Of a stretch of 64,000 bases of DNA, positions 1 to 9,534 are shown in pieces (position 1 is the first letter of the stretch; every line of letters starts with the position of its first letter). This stretch comes from a virus. Both the position numbers and the translations under genes were made by a program. The stretch spans positions 28,108-92,107 of IMG/VR virus record IMGVR_UViG_3300028178_000001, one strand, 5' to 3'. A model generated the notes under the pieces. That model was given only the letters and a program-made list of their open reading frames with translations, did not search any database and was not told where the DNA came from.

Positions 1-1025
1 TTATAAATAAAGGCAATAATAACCACGATTACCCTCAAAGCATTAGTCTTCTTGCAAGATTAGGGGAAAATATCTTTGCTTACGAATACCCGATTGCACT
101 TGCCCTTTACCCGGATAATGGTAAAATAATAGGGGTTGATGTTTTAAGAGATGAGGATGAAATTATCGGGGGACCGGAATTTATTGTAAACCTTATGCCT
201 TATCCCACAAAAGCGATGATAGTAAGGAATATGAGCATTGATGACAATAACAAAGAGTTTGGAGAAGTATTTGACGGGTTAATGGATATGTTCGGGATAA
301 CCAACGAAAAGTTTAAATGCCCGAAAGCTTTTTCCTTCCACGGAAACGTAAGAGGCAGCCGGTTAAGTACAGGGCAGCCGTTACCAGGGCAGGATATTAT
401 TATTTCTCCTTTATCTCTACGAAAAGCCAAAGCGGATGTTTACGCATTCGGGCATATACATAACTGGCAAGAGTTTGCGCCGGATATGTTTTACACAGGC
501 CCATTGTACAACTGCAATTTCGGCGAAACGGAGCAGAAATATTTTATTATCAGTAAATTTGATCAGACGGATGGAGGGGTAAAAGTATCTTCAGAGAAAA
601 TAAAGTTTAAGACAGTCCGGCCGATGGTGAACGTTACAGCGGAATTCATTAACGGTGAGTTTGTGATTGACGAACAAGAAATGCCCGAAAATCCAGAAGT
701 CAAATTTAAATATAAGATAAATGAAGATGAACAAAGCCTCGTTACAGAAGCCAAGAAAGATGAAATAAGAGCACGATATGGGGCGGATGTAATTATTGCT
801 TCACCCGATGTAATACCGGTGCAGCGGGAAAGCCGCAGCGAGAAGATAATGGAGGCAGAGAATTTGGCTGAGGAGTTTACAGAGTTTTGCATTGTAACGG
901 GCAGAGATGAGGTGTTTAAGCCCAGCAATGACGGCAAAGAAAAAATACTCAAAACCGGATACCGGAAAAAGCTTGAATTGATTGAGCAGAATATCCCCCC
1001 GGACGGAAAAGAAGAAGAGCTTTAA
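1..1025 (+). CDS. SbcD/Mre11-like metallophosphoesterase nuclease (5' truncated by window edge)
   Basis: Frame is open from position 3 (INKGNNNHDYPQ...), giving a GNxxHD variant of GNHD, plus FHG and AFGHIH motifs; an SbcC-like partner lies downstream. Confidence 0.8.
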   Translation, partial: INKGNNNHDYPQSISLLARLGENIFAYEYPIALALYPDNGKIIGVDVLRDEDEIIGGPEFIVNLMPYPTKAMIVRNMSIDDNNKEFGEVFDGLMDMFGITNEKFKCPKAFSFHGNVRGSRLSTGQPLPGQDIIISPLSLRKAKADVYAFGHIHNWQEFAPDMFYTGPLYNCNFGETEQKYFIISKFDQTDGGVKVSSEKIKFKTVRPMVNVTAEFINGEFVIDEQEMPENPEVKFKYKINEDEQSLVTEAKKDEIRARYGADVIIASPDVIPVQRESRSEKIMEAENLAEEFTEFCIVTGRDEVFKPSNDGKEKILKTGYRKKLELIEQNIPPDGKEEEL

Positions 1026-1077
1026 GGAAGTGGAAAGAATTGAATAAAACAATAGAAGAATATTTGCCAAAATTACT

Positions 1078-1209
1078 TTATAACGGCTATCGGCTTAAAC
1101 CGATTGCGACATAAAAATGAAATTTATAATTAACAGAAATATTAACAAGACTACCAAACTTCAAATCCGAATTGCTTTGCAATTCTATGATTTGAAGCCG
1201 TAGTTATAA
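1078..1209 (+). mobile_element. attC-like recombination site 1
   Basis: TTATAAC (1078-1084) ... GTTATAA (1203-1209) with imperfect complementary arms TAACGGCTATCGGCTTAAA...ATTGC / GCAATT...TTTGAAGCCGTAGTTA; 132 bp. Confidence 0.65.
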
Positions 1210-1227
1210 TTTTGGCGGTGGGAGCTG

Positions 1228-1533
1228 ATGGAAATGAAAGAAGATAGAAGTGATTTTAACAACTACCCGCATAGAGTATTTGCGAATGTAGTATTAATAA
1301 AAGGGAAAATTGCGAATTGGAAAACCGGTGATTACAGGTGGACTATAAAAAACTTTTTTATGAGCCATCAGCCGACCAACGTATACACAAATGAGAAGCA
1401 AGTAATTATTAAGAGCCGATCATTTATTGTAAGAAATAGAGAGGAACACAATAAGGCGTTTAGCGAGCGAGCAGTAAAATTTTACAGACAATTTAAGTTT
1501 GTAAAAGGATATAATTTGATGCGACCATACTAA
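1228..1533 (+). CDS. hypothetical protein, putative gene cassette ORF
   Basis: 101 aa ORF with GGAG upstream, lying exactly between two attC-like sites. Confidence 0.6.
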   Translation: MEMKEDRSDFNNYPHRVFANVVLIKGKIANWKTGDYRWTIKNFFMSHQPTNVYTNEKQVIIKSRSFIVRNREEHNKAFSERAVKFYRQFKFVKGYNLMRPY

Positions 1534-1543
1534 CCGCCAATAA

Positions 1544-1674
1544 TTATAACAGCATGGAAATTAAGCGGCAGATAATGATTTCATATCAGAAACACATCCA
1601 TCGAAATTATTCGTTGGCTCTGGAGAAGTTAGAGAAAATGCTTGTTATCTGTCCGCTTGAGTTTTTAGTTATTT
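1544..1674 (+). mobile_element. attC-like recombination site 2
   Basis: TTATAAC (1544-1550) ... GTTATTT (1668-1674) with arms AAATTAAGCGGCAGATAA / TTATCTGTCCGCTTGAGTTT; 131 bp. Confidence 0.65.
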
Positions 1675-1695
1675 GGAAATTTTACGGAGAATGTA

Positions 1696-1950
1696 ATGAT
1701 TAAATGTGCGATGAAAAAAGCCGGGATATTAAAGTTCGGAAGTTGTCACACATTAAGACATAGTTTTGCCACGCATATGTTACAACACGGGAATGATATT
1801 AGAACGGTGCAAGAGCTGTTAAGGCATAAATCAGTTCGTACAACAATGATTTATACTCATGTTCTAGACACAGAAAAGAGAAGTGTTGAAAGTCCGCTTT
1901 CCTATTTATCAACACCAAAACCATTAACAAAAATATATAAGTTAGCTTAG
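1696..1950 (+). pseudogene. C-terminal fragment of integron-type tyrosine recombinase (IntI-like)
   Basis: [35 protein letters not shown] (HxxR, H, catalytic Y); only 84 aa, lacks N-terminal and first Arg regions; LLGH changed to LLRH. Confidence 0.75.
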
Positions 1951-1963
1951 CAAAGAAAAATAT

Positions 1964-3586
1964 ATGCCAAGATCATTAACCCTTTGGGGACATCCGTTGC
2001 GAGCTTGGCAGCAGAATGTACATGAAATAGCAATCCAAAAAGTTAAAGCGAAAGCGCAAGATGCCTTGTTTGTCGCTACACCGGCATCGGGGAAAACCCG
2101 CGCAGCTTTGCGGATAGCACACAAACTTTATTTCATGCAGTACATAAAACGCATTGTAATTGTTGTTCCAACCGAGAATTTAAAGGGACAATGGGCGGAA
2201 GATGCACATCTTTACGGTATTGATCTTGATCCAATGGTAGCGAACCGGATAGGGAAGGAAGGAAGCGATTATCACGGAGTTGTGCTTACTTACGCGCAAC
2301 TTGGGATGGATGCGGATATCCATAAACATTTTACGGAAACTACAAGCACGTTGGTAATATTGGACGAAATCCATCATGCGGGGGAAAGTAAAACTTGGGG
2401 AGACGCACTTTTAACAGCTTTTGAGAATGCTTTTTTTAGAGTTTCATTAAGCGGTACGCCATTTAGAAAAGATAATAACCCGATACCATTTGTTAAATAT
2501 GTGAATGATGTTAGTGTAGCTGATTATGTTTATTCATACCAGCAAGCAGTAGAAGATAATGTTTGCCGGGCAATTTACTTCCCGGCATACGATGGAATAA
2601 TGGAGTGGCAAACAGACGGAACTACCTACCGCCATAGTTTTGAGGAACAGATTAACCAGGCCAGAGAGAGCGAAAGATTAAGAACCGCGCTTGATCCATC
2701 CGGCGAGTTTATGAAGCAGTTTTTTCTTGATGCGGATAAAAAGTTAAATGAGATAAGAAGAGGCAATCATCCGGACGCGGGGGGATTAGTTTTGGCCATT
2801 GATCAAGAGCATGCGGCAAGGATTAAGAAGATGATCTTTGAGCTAATAGGGGAATCACCGGTTATTGCGGTTAGTGATGATAAGAACGCGAGTAAACACA
2901 TCAAAGAGTACAAGCGAAGAAAAGATAAATGGTTGATCAGCGTAAAAATGGTATCTGAAGGAGTTGATATCCCACGTTTACGTGTAGGAGTTTATGCAAC
3001 TAATGTAGAGAGCGAATTATTCTTTAGGCAGGTTACGGGAAGGTTTATAAGAGTATTGGCACACCTTAAAAGTCAAGATGCTTACTTGTACATTCCCAAA
3101 CGACATGAGTTAGTAAGATTTGCCAGAGAGATTGAACAGGAAAGAGACCATGCGTTAAACACAGCAAAAGAGAAGTGGGATAAAGATTTATTTGGGAAGG
3201 AAATTGAACCAAAGGAAAAAGAGAAAAAGGACTTCAAAGTAATTTCGGCGGAAGTTACCGGAACTTTGGAAATTAAAACAAATTTTACCGATAAGATCTC
3301 TACAATGTTTGGTTTGCCAAGGGGAAAAGCCCAACAAATAGCGCAGAACGTTGTACAGCAGCCAACCGCTGAAGAGATACCGATATTTGAGAAGATAAAG
3401 ACGCTTAGAAAAGAGATAAATGACTTAGCTATGGTTTACGCCAAGAATAGAGGAAACGGCACGGTAGATTGGCAATTAGGGCATAAGGATTGGATTAAGC
3501 TTGGTGGGAGAAGCATTGAACTTGAAACTATGCCGGAACTAATGAGACGGCGGAGATGGTTGCAAAATAATTTGCAGAAAAGTTAA
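1964..3586 (+). CDS. SF2 DEAD/DEAH-box helicase
   Basis: ATPASGKT, DEIHH, SGT, SEGVDIP, QVTGRFIR motifs. Confidence 0.88.
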   Translation: MPRSLTLWGHPLRAWQQNVHEIAIQKVKAKAQDALFVATPASGKTRAALRIAHKLYFMQYIKRIVIVVPTENLKGQWAEDAHLYGIDLDPMVANRIGKEGSDYHGVVLTYAQLGMDADIHKHFTETTSTLVILDEIHHAGESKTWGDALLTAFENAFFRVSLSGTPFRKDNNPIPFVKYVNDVSVADYVYSYQQAVEDNVCRAIYFPAYDGIMEWQTDGTTYRHSFEEQINQARESERLRTALDPSGEFMKQFFLDADKKLNEIRRGNHPDAGGLVLAIDQEHAARIKKMIFELIGESPVIAVSDDKNASKHIKEYKRRKDKWLISVKMVSEGVDIPRLRVGVYATNVESELFFRQVTGRFIRVLAHLKSQDAYLYIPKRHELVRFAREIEQERDHALNTAKEKWDKDLFGKEIEPKEKEKKDFKVISAEVTGTLEIKTNFTDKISTMFGLPRGKAQQIAQNVVQQPTAEEIPIFEKIKTLRKEINDLAMVYAKNRGNGTVDWQLGHKDWIKLGGRSIELETMPELMRRRRWLQNNLQKS

Positions 3587-3628
3587 TACATGTATTGTTT
3601 TATAAAATAACATTTAATAAATTTGGAA

Positions 3629-3746
3629 TGAGATGAAACTAAAATTTTTAATATTACGAAAAGCCATTTGCCTTCGGGAAACCCCAAAGTTTCATCTCAC
3701 CGTTTGCAGATGGCTTTCGTGTTTTAAAAGGAATTTGAGATGAAAC
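3629..3746 (+). promoter_or_regulatory. antisense hairpin leader (target / antisense loop / target over start codon)
   Basis: TGAGATGAAACT (3629-3640); its exact complement AGTTTCATCTCA (3688-3699) inside stem 3656-3720; TGAGATGAAAC again over the ATG (3736-3746). Confidence 0.65.
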
Positions 3747-4387
3747 CTTTAGAAATCGGGAAACGATACGGACGATTAACAGTTATAGCTGAGGGTGAGC
3801 GGCGTGTTTGCCCTTCGGGGAAAAGCAGAAGGGTTGCTAAATGTCAATGTGACTGTGGGGAAATTATTGGTGTATCAATTTGGTCACTTAACAGTAAAAC
3901 AAAACCTACGCTTAGTTGTGGTTGTCTTACAATTGAAATGATGAAAATTACAAAAACGAAGCATGGGCTTATAAATCATCCTTTATACAGAAAATTAATG
4001 GGGATGAAAAAACGTTGCTATAATCCTAAATATGGGCAATACCATCGTTACGGCGGACGCGGTATAAAAGTTTGTGAAGAGTGGTTGAATGATTTTATGT
4101 CATTTTATAATTGGGCAATGGCAAATGGATGGGAAGATGGACTTGAAATAGACCGAAAAGATAATGATGGGAATTATGAACCAAGCAATTGCAGGTTTGT
4201 GACAAGCCAAGAAAACACACACAATAGGAGAACATCAAAACTTAACTGGGAAGATGTGCACAATATAAGAAACGCTAAACTTTTGAATCCAGAGACAAAA
4301 AATACTGAATTAGCTAAAACTTTTGAAGTTAGTAGGCGCACTATTAACAATATTTTAAACAATGAAAGATGGAGAGAAGCAGTATGA
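3740..4387 (+). CDS. HNH-type homing endonuclease-like protein with C-terminal HTH
   Basis: GRLTV..CQCDCG..SCGC..MKKRCYNP..YGGRGIKVCEEW..IDRKDNDGNYEPSNCRFVT; paralog of 10350-11006. Confidence 0.8.
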   Translation: MKPLEIGKRYGRLTVIAEGERRVCPSGKSRRVAKCQCDCGEIIGVSIWSLNSKTKPTLSCGCLTIEMMKITKTKHGLINHPLYRKLMGMKKRCYNPKYGQYHRYGGRGIKVCEEWLNDFMSFYNWAMANGWEDGLEIDRKDNDGNYEPSNCRFVTSQENTHNRRTSKLNWEDVHNIRNAKLLNPETKNTELAKTFEVSRRTINNILNNERWREAV

Positions 4388-7131
4388 AATTATTAGGTCT
4401 CAATCTAAGAGGGAGTATCGGCGTTAGGAAGGGTATGGGTCTTGAAGAAATAGAGATTGATTTTACCCAATTTGGGCCGGGGCTAATTGCCATAACCGGA
4501 ATAACGGGGAGAGGCAAATCTACTATCATGGACAATTCACAACCATTCCGGGAGCTTCCATCAAAGCCCGGAACATTAGAAGAACACTTCGAACTAAAAG
4601 ATTCATACCGCGTGTTAAGGTTTACTCCGGGCGGAGAGAACATCTTCGAAACAAAATTATTAATTGACGGATTAACTAAAAAGAGCGAGGCCTATCTTTA
4701 TAAGAATGGTATTGCTTTGAATGACGGGTTGAAGTTGAGCTATGATAGAGAAGTAATAAAATTGTTTGGTTCGTCGAAGTTGTTTTTCAATTCGGTATTC
4801 GCAGCGCAAAAAACAAAAGGAATTTTTTCTTTAAAAGAAGGGGAAAGCCGTGAATTATTCTATGAAATACTTGATATTAACAACTACACTCCCAAAGAAG
4901 ATAACGCAAAGAAATATCTCCAAAACGAAAAGAATAAATTAGAGGTTTTGGAAAATGAAATTAAGGTATTCACTGCTGAAATGACCGGTTGTAAGACTTC
5001 CAAGGAAGATATTGAAAGCAAGATTTATGCAAGGGAGGAATTAGCATCTTCAAAAATGAAGTGTGAGGAAAAGATTAATGAGTATAGGGGAGGGATTGAA
5101 AACCTAAACGGAGTTATTGCCGGGCTAAGTATAAAAATTGAACAGCAGCAAGAAATAAATGATCGGATAACAGAACTTACCGAGGAGATAGAATTCCACA
5201 AAGAGAAGAAAGAACTTGAACTGGTTGAAATTGATGGGCAGCGAGATGCCGGACTAAATACTTTTGAATCTTCAAATGAATTTGATAAGCACATAAAAGA
5301 GTTGGAGACGAAAGAAGATTTTCTGACCGGTGAAGCCGACAGAGAGAAGGAAGAAATAAACAGTTCAATTGTTGTTTTAAATAATGAGATCAATGCAAAC
5401 GATTTGAAGAAAGTCCAAATTGAGGCAAAGATTACCAGAAGTAAAACAATACTTGAGAATAAGGGAACGATAGCTATTAATCTGGATGGAAAAAAGAAAT
5501 GGACGGAAGAAGCAGCGAAACTACTTGCAGAGGAGAAAGAGCATTTATTAGAAATAGGCAAATTGCAAGAAGGGAAAGAAGTAGAGGAAAAACTTTTACA
5601 GGCTTTGCGCGAGAGTTATTCGAATACCGATAAAATAAAATCTCAGAAAGATCACCAACTTTCCACAATAAAAGAACTTATCACATCTTTAGAACAATTG
5701 AAAAAAATCGGGTTAGATCGGCTAAGGGAAGAAATATCAACAATTGATAAAGTACCATGCAACGAAGTTATAGGACGCGATTGTATGTTCCTAACAAGAG
5801 CGATGGAAAGCAAGGATACGTTAAAAGACGTTGAGGACGACTATGATAATAAAATTGGGAGTAAAGATAAGGAACGTATAGCAATATTATTGCAACTCGA
5901 AGGGACCAAAAAGTTTTTGACTGAAGCAGATGAGGAGATTAAAGCGAAAGAGGAATTCATACAAAATAATTTTACCAGTAAAATTGAAGCTATCAATACA
6001 CTTGTAATTGCTTTAAAAGAAAAGGTAAAAGAAGCGGCGGGAAAATTAGCCGAACTTGCAAAAACTAATTGGGATGCGCTTGATAAAGAACTTGCGGAGG
6101 CAGAAAAGAACGACGAGTTATGGCAAAGCGAAATTAAAAATTTAGATAAAGCAAATGGAGACAAACGCAAACAAAAAAATGATTTACAAGAAAGACTTGT
6201 TAATATACAGGATAGATTAAACAATAACTTGCAAGATGTGGAAAATCAAATACTTAAGCATGGAGAGTTATTAGAAAAAGAACGGAAGGCAATCATTAAT
6301 TTTTATACGGAGAAGAAAAACTCTACTTTCACCAAATATGAGATGCAAAACGAAGGGTTAAAAAAGGAATTAGCCGCAAACTTAGTGAAGATAGATACAA
6401 CTCTTGAAATTCAAAAAAACGAAAAAGAGGTAATGTTGAAGAATTCAAGAACCGAGCTCGAGGCTGAAGAAAATTGGTTGAAAGAGACTGAAACGAAATT
6501 AACAGACATGCAAATAGAGATAGCAGACTTAAACAATAAATTGATAAAAAAACAATATTTAACAGATACAATTGAGTTGAAAAACGGAGAACGGTTATTT
6601 GTTGAAGAAGAAATTAAGCAGTGGGGGATTATAAGAGAGGCTATGTCAAAAACCGGAATTCCGGTTCTTAAATTGGAAATTTCCGGATCTGAAGTATCGA
6701 GGCTTACAAATGAATCTTTGAGAAATTATGACAATAAATTTAGGATAGTTTTTGAAACAACAAAATACACTAAGGATAAGAAGAAGCAAATAGAAATCTT
6801 CAAAACAAATGTTATTGATGAAGACGGTATTTGTGATGTTCTAAATAAAAGCGGGGGGCAGAAAACAGAAATTGAAACTGCAATGCAGCTAGCGATAGCT
6901 CATTTTAAAAGAAGCCAGGGGCAGGTGAAAGTAGATACCGGTTATTTGGACGAAGGAGATGGGTCTCTGGATGTAGAAAGTGCAGGAAATTATTTTAAGG
7001 TGATTGAGGAAGCTCACAAACGAAGCGGCGTTTATAACACAATAGTAATTACACACCGGCCCGAATTGATAGAACAGATTCCCCAGCGGATTGAATTGCA
7101 TGACGGATATTTTGAAATAATTAGGAATTAG
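4384..7131 (+). CDS. SbcC/Rad50-like SMC ATPase
   Basis: Walker A GITGRGKST, long coiled coil with central Cys pair, signature SGGQ, Walker B YLDEG, ITH; ATGA overlap with upstream stop. Confidence 0.88.
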   Translation: MKLLGLNLRGSIGVRKGMGLEEIEIDFTQFGPGLIAITGITGRGKSTIMDNSQPFRELPSKPGTLEEHFELKDSYRVLRFTPGGENIFETKLLIDGLTKKSEAYLYKNGIALNDGLKLSYDREVIKLFGSSKLFFNSVFAAQKTKGIFSLKEGESRELFYEILDINNYTPKEDNAKKYLQNEKNKLEVLENEIKVFTAEMTGCKTSKEDIESKIYAREELASSKMKCEEKINEYRGGIENLNGVIAGLSIKIEQQQEINDRITELTEEIEFHKEKKELELVEIDGQRDAGLNTFESSNEFDKHIKELETKEDFLTGEADREKEEINSSIVVLNNEINANDLKKVQIEAKITRSKTILENKGTIAINLDGKKKWTEEAAKLLAEEKEHLLEIGKLQEGKEVEEKLLQALRESYSNTDKIKSQKDHQLSTIKELITSLEQLKKIGLDRLREEISTIDKVPCNEVIGRDCMFLTRAMESKDTLKDVEDDYDNKIGSKDKERIAILLQLEGTKKFLTEADEEIKAKEEFIQNNFTSKIEAINTLVIALKEKVKEAAGKLAELAKTNWDALDKELAEAEKNDELWQSEIKNLDKANGDKRKQKNDLQERLVNIQDRLNNNLQDVENQILKHGELLEKERKAIINFYTEKKNSTFTKYEMQNEGLKKELAANLVKIDTTLEIQKNEKEVMLKNSRTELEAEENWLKETETKLTDMQIEIADLNNKLIKKQYLTDTIELKNGERLFVEEEIKQWGIIREAMSKTGIPVLKLEISGSEVSRLTNESLRNYDNKFRIVFETTKYTKDKKKQIEIFKTNVIDEDGICDVLNKSGGQKTEIETAMQLAIAHFKRSQGQVKVDTGYLDEGDGSLDVESAGNYFKVIEEAHKRSGVYNTIVITHRPELIEQIPQRIELHDGYFEIIRN

Positions 7132-7146
7132 GAATTGAGAATTAGG
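7119..7146 (+). repeat. AATTAGG heptamer tandem array (4 units, 1 variant)
   Basis: AATTAGG AATTAGG AATTGAG AATTAGG; supplies the SbcC stop codon. Confidence 0.8.
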
Positions 7147-7317
7147 GATAAAATCGGAATAAAAAAGAACGCGAATTACAAAGAGCAGCTTAATAATACT
7201 AAGATATTTGCAAATGCAATGTTTAATGGTGAAGTAAAACTTTTATACGAAGTCAACAACGGAAAAACGGTAGCAGTATATGTGCCAAAAAATTATTCAG
7301 AAGGGGATAAGAAATGA
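7135..7317 (+). CDS. hypothetical protein
   Basis: Small ORF in operon, overlapping stop/start with next gene; TTG start uncertain. Confidence 0.5.
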   Translation: MRIRDKIGIKKNANYKEQLNNTKIFANAMFNGEVKLLYEVNNGKTVAVYVPKNYSEGDKK

Positions 7318-7502
7318 ATAAGCCATTTTGTGGACACGGTAACCTAAGGTTTGTTTTGCTAGGGACATGTACTTTTTATGGACAACGGAAAAGTAAAATA
7401 TGGGGATGCTTGGATTGTAATGCGCATGTCGTGTTACCAAGAAAATCTTATATCTTAATAAAAGGGATAGTCTACCCAGAATTCATGAAAGGAAATAAAT
7501 GA
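7314..7502 (+). CDS. hypothetical Cys-rich small protein
   Basis: CGH..C..CLDC; ATGA-coupled on both sides. Confidence 0.55.
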   Translation: MNKPFCGHGNLRFVLLGTCTFYGQRKSKIWGCLDCNAHVVLPRKSYILIKGIVYPEFMKGNK

Positions 7503-8116
7503 AAGAGCATCCGATATTATTTAGCGGCGAAATGGTAAAAGCGATTTTAGAGGGGAGAAAAACTCAAACCAGAAGAATAATTAAACCACAGCCGGACGAA
7601 AATGGGGTAATCTATATGGAAAATCCTCCGGTATTAGATTGGGAGCAAATTTATAATGAAGAGTGGAAACCTTATCAATACGATACTTTGGAAGGGGAAA
7701 GCAGAGCCGTTTATTGCCCCTATGGCAACGTTGGAGATCAACTTTGGGTTAGGGAGACCTTTAGCTTTAGAAACGAGTGTTTTCGTGGAATTTGTTATAG
7801 AGCTGATAGCTTAGATGTACCGGTTGAAACAAAGGCAAAATGGAAACCATCTATTTTTATGCCTCGCAAAGCTTCAAGAATACAGCTTGAGATAGTTAAT
7901 ATACGAGTTGAAAGATTAAATAACATTAGCGGCGTAGATTGTATCGCCGAGGGCATTGATAAAGAATTATGCAAAGATTATAACCATGACAATATTTTTC
8001 TTGACGAGGAAGCGGCAAAAGAATATTATCAAGAGCTTTGGGAAAAGATTAACGGAAAAGAATCTTGGGAGAAAAATTCTTGGACGTGGGTGATTGAATT
8101 TAAGCGAATTAATTAG
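7499..8116 (+). CDS. ASCH/PUA-like phage protein
   Basis: PILFSGEMVKAILEGRKTQTRR..CPYG..GDQLWVRETF..WKPSIFMPRKASRI..WVIEF. Confidence 0.8.
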   Translation: MKEHPILFSGEMVKAILEGRKTQTRRIIKPQPDENGVIYMENPPVLDWEQIYNEEWKPYQYDTLEGESRAVYCPYGNVGDQLWVRETFSFRNECFRGICYRADSLDVPVETKAKWKPSIFMPRKASRIQLEIVNIRVERLNNISGVDCIAEGIDKELCKDYNHDNIFLDEEAAKEYYQELWEKINGKESWEKNSWTWVIEFKRIN

Positions 8117-8128
8117 CCGGGAGCGAAG

Positions 8129-8302
8129 ATGGATTTACGAAAGAAATTTATTGAAGACAATTTGAAGAAAGCCGAAATAAAGAAAGGCTTAACTGAATGG
8201 GAAAAAGAACTAATCGCTTCGGTAAAGGAGGATTTGAAAGAAAACCGTTTCGTCTCGCAATGGAAGTATAACCATTTGGAAATATTAGCAGAAAGTAAGT
8301 AA
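8129..8302 (+). CDS. small hypothetical protein (57 aa, not in ORF track)
   Basis: MDLRKKFIEDNL...ILAESK with GGGAG upstream; fills the gap between genes. Confidence 0.55.
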   Translation: MDLRKKFIEDNLKKAEIKKGLTEWEKELIASVKEDLKENRFVSQWKYNHLEILAESK

Positions 8303-8315
8303 CAAAGGAGCAAAT

Positions 8316-9296
8316 ATGGCGGCAGATACAAAAATAGAATATTTAACAAAATCTTGGAACCCGATACAAACCATAATAAAAGGTGAAAGCGGACAAGGTT
8401 ATCACTGTACACACGTAGACGAAGGATGCCGTAATTGTTGGGCTGAGGGGATGAATGACCGATTTGGGAACAAACTTCCTTTCGATACGAAAGTATTTGA
8501 ATACGAGATAAAGAATAGTGAGTTAGCCAAACCCTTTTCATGGCACAAACCGCAGACGATAGGAGTTCAATTTATGGGAGATTTATTTCATAAAGACATT
8601 CCATTTGAACTTATTTTCAAGGTATTTGTGGTAATGCAACGAGTGATAACCCAGCATGCATTTTTGGTTTTGACAAAAAGACCGGAGCGGATGTATGAAT
8701 TCTTTTCTTTGCCAATGGATAGAATTGATCCTTTGTGGATGGATTTATCATTAAACAAAACTAAAGTTGGAGATCTGTTCTCCCACTGTAAAAACATTTG
8801 GTATGGTACATCTGTAAATGATCAACAAAGCGCAAACACACGAATATCGGAATTACTGAAGATTAAAAAAAGATTTCCAACGGTGAAATTATGGGTAAGC
8901 ATTGAGCCGATGCTCGGAGTGATCGACATTAAAAAATATTTGCACGAAGTGAAAGACGGTTGCGGTGATGCTCTAGGGGTTGATTGGGTAGTGCTGGGAG
9001 GTGAAAGCGGACCAAACGCGCGACCATTACACCCGGATTGGGTACGCAATTTAAGAGATCAATGCAAAGAGGCAAACGTGCCATTCTTTTTCAAACAGTG
9101 GGGAGAATGGGTGCCGGAACCGGATATACACAAAGGCAGAACTCTTTGGTTCGATGGTTCGATGGATACGGGAATAGCAAGCAAAAACGGAATTGGTAGA
9201 AATGTAAGAAGAGTTGGGAAGAAAAAAGCGGGGCGATTGTTAGACGGAGTTGAACATAATGAATTCCCGGAAGGAGTAAATGATGGCAAGCATTAG
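8316..9296 (+). CDS. DUF5131 / phage Gp37Gp68 family protein
   Basis: TKIEY..WNP..CTHVDEGCRNCWA..MGDLFH..LTKRPERM..SIEPMLG..DWVVLGGESG..ARP..FFFKQWGEW. Confidence 0.88.
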   Translation: MAADTKIEYLTKSWNPIQTIIKGESGQGYHCTHVDEGCRNCWAEGMNDRFGNKLPFDTKVFEYEIKNSELAKPFSWHKPQTIGVQFMGDLFHKDIPFELIFKVFVVMQRVITQHAFLVLTKRPERMYEFFSLPMDRIDPLWMDLSLNKTKVGDLFSHCKNIWYGTSVNDQQSANTRISELLKIKKRFPTVKLWVSIEPMLGVIDIKKYLHEVKDGCGDALGVDWVVLGGESGPNARPLHPDWVRNLRDQCKEANVPFFFKQWGEWVPEPDIHKGRTLWFDGSMDTGIASKNGIGRNVRRVGKKKAGRLLDGVEHNEFPEGVNDGKH

Positions 9297-9534
9297 GAAC
9301 ACTAAAAAAGCAATTAAAAAAATAGAAGTTAATGACGGCGATATAATAATGCTTAGATGCAAAAACCCGTACATAATGAGACAATTTCAAAAAGCATTTT
9401 CAAAAAAAAGATTAAGTGAAAGAAGTATGGTTTTCCTAGTAAATAGTTTCGCGGATCTAAAGAAAGCTACGCCGGAGTTACTTAAAAGACTTGGATTGCG
9501 GAGAATTGAGGAGAATGCAGACGATGAAAATTAA
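9280..9534 (+). CDS. hypothetical protein
   Basis: AAGGAG upstream, operonic. Confidence 0.55.
   Translation: MMASIRNTKKAIKKIEVNDGDIIMLRCKNPYIMRQFQKAFSKKRLSERSMVFLVNSFADLKKATPELLKRLGLRRIEENADDEN

Noticed and set aside
1696-1950. Functional phage integrase
   Set aside because: Only the last 84 aa are present; the upstream sequence is an attC-like site, not coding
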